Positions 29,142 through 32,000 of a DNA stretch of 32,000 nucleotides are shown one piece after another. Both the position numbers and the translations under genes were made by a program. Source of the stretch: Pseudomonas aeruginosa (lineage in GTDB: Bacteria; Pseudomonadota; Gammaproteobacteria; Pseudomonadales; Pseudomonadaceae); NCBI RefSeq assembly GCF_001457615.1, contig NZ_LN831024.1, positions 240,001 through 272,000 on the forward strand. Direction: 5' to 3'. Every line of letters begins with the position of its first letter. Within the stretch, counting starts at the first letter, position 1. The notes beneath the pieces were generated by a model that was not told the DNA's origin, did no database searches, and saw nothing but the letters and a program-made list of their open reading frames with translations.

Positions 29142-29810
29142 ATGTCCAAGCCTGATCCCGCCGTCGTGGAGGAATCCGCTCCGCGCGGCAAGGGACGCAA
29201 GAACAATCCCGAGAAGACCCGCCAGGACATCCTCCGCGCCGCCATCGACGAGTTCGTCGCCCAGGGCCTCTCGGGTGCGCGGGTGGACGCCATCGCCGAG
29301 CGCACGCATACCTCGAAGCGGATGATCTATTACTACTTCGGCAGCAAGGAGCAGCTCTACCAGGCCGTGCTGGAGAAGCTCTACAGCGACATCCGCGGTA
29401 TCGAGGGCACCCTGCGGCTGGGCGCGCTGCCGCCGGCCAAGGCGATGGAGAAGCTGGTGGAGTTCAGCTTCGACTACCACGACCGGCATGTGGATTTCGT
29501 GCGCATCATCAGCATCGAGAACATCCACAAGGGCGAGCACATCGCCAGCAGCGAACTGGTGCAGAGCGTCAACAGCTCGATCGTCCAGAGCATCGCCGAG
29601 ATTCTCCGCCGCGGCGAAGCGGAAGGGGTGTTCCGCGCCGGGCTGGAGGCGCTCGACGTGCACATGCTGATCAGTTCGTTCTGCTTCTACCGGGTGTCCA
29701 ATCGCTACACCGTGTCGCGGATCTTTCGCACCGACCTGCACGACGCCGAGGTTCGCCAGCGGCACCGGCGGATGATTGGCGAGGCGGTATTGCGCTACAT
29801 CCGTGCCTGA
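29142..29810 (+). CDS. TetR-family transcriptional regulator
   Basis: 222 aa from MSKPDPAVVEESAPRGKGRK; HTH TRQDILRAAIDEFVAQGLSGARVDAIAERTHTSKRMIYYYFGSKEQLYQAVL. Confidence 0.93.
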   Translation: MSKPDPAVVEESAPRGKGRKNNPEKTRQDILRAAIDEFVAQGLSGARVDAIAERTHTSKRMIYYYFGSKEQLYQAVLEKLYSDIRGIEGTLRLGALPPAKAMEKLVEFSFDYHDRHVDFVRIISIENIHKGEHIASSELVQSVNSSIVQSIAEILRRGEAEGVFRAGLEALDVHMLISSFCFYRVSNRYTVSRIFRTDLHDAEVRQRHRRMIGEAVLRYIRA

Positions 29811-29849
29811 CTCCGGTCCCCTCTCCCCTTGGCGGGAGAGGGGCGCCAT

Positions 29850-30704
29850 TCAGTCGCCCAGGCTGGCGAAGTGCGCCTGCATGCGCGCGGCGTCGGCCGC
29901 CACCCCGCTGAACAGTTCGAATGCCTTCACCGCCTGGAACACCGCCATGGTGCCGCCGTCCAGTGTGCGGCAGCCGAGGGCGCGGGCCTGGCGCAGCAGC
30001 TCGGTTTCCAGCGGAAAGTAGATCACCTCGGCGACCCACAGGTCGGCGCGCAACAGTTCCGCCGGCACCGGCATGCCGGGTAGCTTGGCCATGCCCACCG
30101 GGGTGGTGTTGACCAATCCCTGGGCGTCGCCCAGGGCGCCGGCCAGGTCGCTGCCGGCGAGCGCTCGTGGCGCGCCGAAGTGCTGGTTGAGGTTGTCCGC
30201 GAGGGCCTGGGCCCGCGCCGGGTCGACGTCGAACAGGACCAGCCGCTCGACGCCCTCGGCGAGCAGCGCATGGGCCACTGCCGCGCCGGCGCCGCCCGCG
30301 CCCATCTGCACCACGCGCTGGCGCGGCGCGCCGGCCAGGCCGCGCCGAAAGCCCTCGGCGAAGCCCAGGCAGTCGGTGTTGTGGCCGATGCGCCGGCCAT
30401 CGCGCAGCACCACGGTGTTCACCGCGCCGATGCCGCGTGCCTCGGCGGAGAGGTCGTCGAGCAGGGGGATGATCGCCTGCTTGCAGGGGAAGGTGACGTT
30501 CAGCCCGGTGAAGCCGAGGTCGCTGGCGGCGGCGAGCAGGAACTCCAGGTCGTCCGCCGACTTGCCCAGCGGGTCGAGATCGATCAGCCGGTACAGATAG
30601 CGGATGCCCTGGGCGTCGCCCTCGCGCTCGTGCAGGGCAGGGGTCCGCGACGCCTGGATGCCGGCACCGATCAGGCCGGCGAGAACCGATCGCGGCGCGC
30701 TCAT
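29850..30704 (-). CDS. Shikimate/quinate dehydrogenase (AroE-like)
   Basis: 284 aa from [33 protein letters not shown]; [26 protein letters not shown] and NTTPVGMA. Confidence 0.93.
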   Translation of the reverse strand: MSAPRSVLAGLIGAGIQASRTPALHEREGDAQGIRYLYRLIDLDPLGKSADDLEFLLAAASDLGFTGLNVTFPCKQAIIPLLDDLSAEARGIGAVNTVVLRDGRRIGHNTDCLGFAEGFRRGLAGAPRQRVVQMGAGGAGAAVAHALLAEGVERLVLFDVDPARAQALADNLNQHFGAPRALAGSDLAGALGDAQGLVNTTPVGMAKLPGMPVPAELLRADLWVAEVIYFPLETELLRQARALGCRTLDGGTMAVFQAVKAFELFSGVAADAARMQAHFASLGD

Positions 30705-31147
30705 GCGGCCGCCTCGAAACGCTCGGCGAAATGTTCCAGGGCCAGGCGGTAGCCGAGGCTGCCGAATCCGCAGATCACTCCCAGCGCCACCGGCGAGACG
30801 TAGGAGTGGTGGCGGAACGCTTCGCGCTGGTGGACGTTGGACAGGTGCACTTCGACCACCGGCAGTTCCACCGCGGCCAGGGCGTCGCGCAGCGCCACCG
30901 AGGTGTGGGTCCAGGCGGCGGGGTTGATGACGATGCCGGCGACCCGGCCGCGGGCCTGGTGGATCCAGTCGAGCAGTTGGCCTTCCTGGTTGGTCTGGCG
31001 GAAGTCCACGGCGAAGCCGCGCGTCTCGGCGAAGGCCGCGCATTCGTCGGCGATTTCGCCCAGGGTCCGCCGGCCGTAGGTCTGTGGCTCGCGGGTGCCG
31101 AGCAGATTCAGGTTGGGGCCGTTCAGGACCAGTACCGTGCGCGTCAT
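30701..31147 (-). CDS. aroQ: 3-dehydroquinate dehydratase, type II
   Basis: 148 aa; [37 protein letters not shown] and [21 protein letters not shown] overlap with the dehydrogenase start. Confidence 0.96.
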   Translation of the reverse strand: MTRTVLVLNGPNLNLLGTREPQTYGRRTLGEIADECAAFAETRGFAVDFRQTNQEGQLLDWIHQARGRVAGIVINPAAWTHTSVALRDALAAVELPVVEVHLSNVHQREAFRHHSYVSPVALGVICGFGSLGYRLALEHFAERFEAAA

Positions 31148-31192
31148 GGCGCAGCCTCCACAGCAATGATGTCATCGATGCCGGAAAAATGT

Positions 31193-31202
31193 ACCGAACG
31201 GT
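31193..31202. promoter_or_regulatory. Candidate TetR-type operator ACCG-AA-CGGT
   Basis: Short dyad in the aroQ promoter region, near a TetR gene. Confidence 0.3.
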
Positions 31203-31243
31203 TACTTTTGTAAACCGGACGCCGTCGCCGACGGGACGAAAGC

Positions 31244-31258
31244 GTTCGATTATCGGCG
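31244..31258. promoter_or_regulatory. Single IclR/PcaR-like box upstream of aroQ
   Basis: GTTCGATTATCGGCG, same CGATTATCG core as 8658; no clear partner at 19 bp. Confidence 0.45.
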
Positions 31259-31263
31259 TCCGC

Positions 31264-32000
31264 TCACTCGCCTGCCGTCGGTTGCGTCGCGCCGCGGCCG
31301 CGCAGGGTCATGTCGGGCAGTGCCGAGGCCACCGCCAGGCCGAGCAGCGCCACCGCCGCGTTGACCAGGAAGAGCACCTTGAAGGCATCCGCGAGGACAT
31401 GCTGGAGGATCACCCGGGCCGGCCCGCTGGCGGCGTCCAGGCTGCTCAGCAGGGCGCTCTCGGAAAAGCCCTGGTCGAGCCCGCCGCCGATCCGCAGGTG
31501 CTTGAGCAGGGCCAGCAGGATCGCCGACATCAGCGCCACCCCGACCGCCCCGCCGAGGGAGCGGAACAACGTCGCGTTGCTGGTGGCGACGCCGATGTGG
31601 CGTTGCTCCACGGCGTTCTGCGCGGCCACCAGGCTGGTCGGGAACTGGGTACCGATGGCGATCCCGGTGAGCAGCATGCACAGCCCGGACAGCCAGTGGT
31701 CGCCGACCGGGACCAGGGCCAGGCCGGCGATGCCGCAGGGCAACAGGACGGCGCCGAGCAGGATCAGCGGCTTGTAGCGTCCCAGGCTGGCGGTCAGCCG
31801 CCCGCAGCAGTACGCGCCCAGCGGCAGGCCCATGACCAGCGGCAGCAGATGCAGCGCGGCGCTGTCGGCGCCGGCGCCGGTAACGCTCTGGTAGCGCAGC
31901 GGTACCAGCACGGTCAGCGAGATGGCCTGGAAGCTGGCGAAGAACGCAACCAGCCAACTGAGGGTGGCGGCGCGGACGGCGAACAGTTGCATCGGCACCA
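31264..32000 (-). CDS. MFS transporter, C-terminal part (runs off the right edge)
   Basis: Multi-TM ORF (FFASFQAISLTVLVPLRYQSVTGAGADSAALHLLPLVMGLPLGAYCCGRL). The ATG at 31998 is internal by homology pattern, so it is partial. Confidence 0.88.
   Translation of the reverse strand, partial: VPMQLFAVRAATLSWLVAFFASFQAISLTVLVPLRYQSVTGAGADSAALHLLPLVMGLPLGAYCCGRLTASLGRYKPLILLGAVLLPCGIAGLALVPVGDHWLSGLCMLLTGIAIGTQFPTSLVAAQNAVEQRHIGVATSNATLFRSLGGAVGVALMSAILLALLKHLRIGGGLDQGFSESALLSSLDAASGPARVILQHVLADAFKVLFLVNAAVALLGLAVASALPDMTLRGRGATQPTAGE

Overview
This is an ordinary high-GC Pseudomonas chromosomal window. From protein sequence and gene order it matches the P. aeruginosa PA0218-PA0246 region. It holds: a putative amine/GABA-type module (LysR, aldehyde dehydrogenase, APC permease, aminotransferase, periplasmic binding protein); a DapA-like/class II aldolase pair with a divergent XRE-cupin regulator; the beta-ketoadipate genes (CoA-transferase A/B, pcaF, pcaT, pcaB, pcaD, pcaC) plus pcaK; an IclR regulator followed by oxidoreductase, sugar-phosphate isomerase/epimerase and EamA genes; and a quinate/shikimate block (opdF-type porin, MFS, quiC1, TetR, shikimate/quinate dehydrogenase, aroQ, MFS). 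I see no mobile element, CRISPR or defence system. The best second-look items are non-coding: (1) five ~101-bp tandem dyad-rich REP/BIME-like units filling the convergent gap between the Tsx-like gene and pcaK, with a diverged solo copy at ~15686; (2) a dispersed 15-bp dyad (GTTCGATWATCGNNC-like) at four intergenic regions, three times as a tandem pair spaced exactly 19 bp; (3) a different TGGAACN4TTCT-type motif upstream of the IclR gene, the oxidoreductase gene and the EamA gene, which may define a small uncharacterised catabolic regulon; and (4) clear dyads near the XRE-cupin gene and the first LysR gene.
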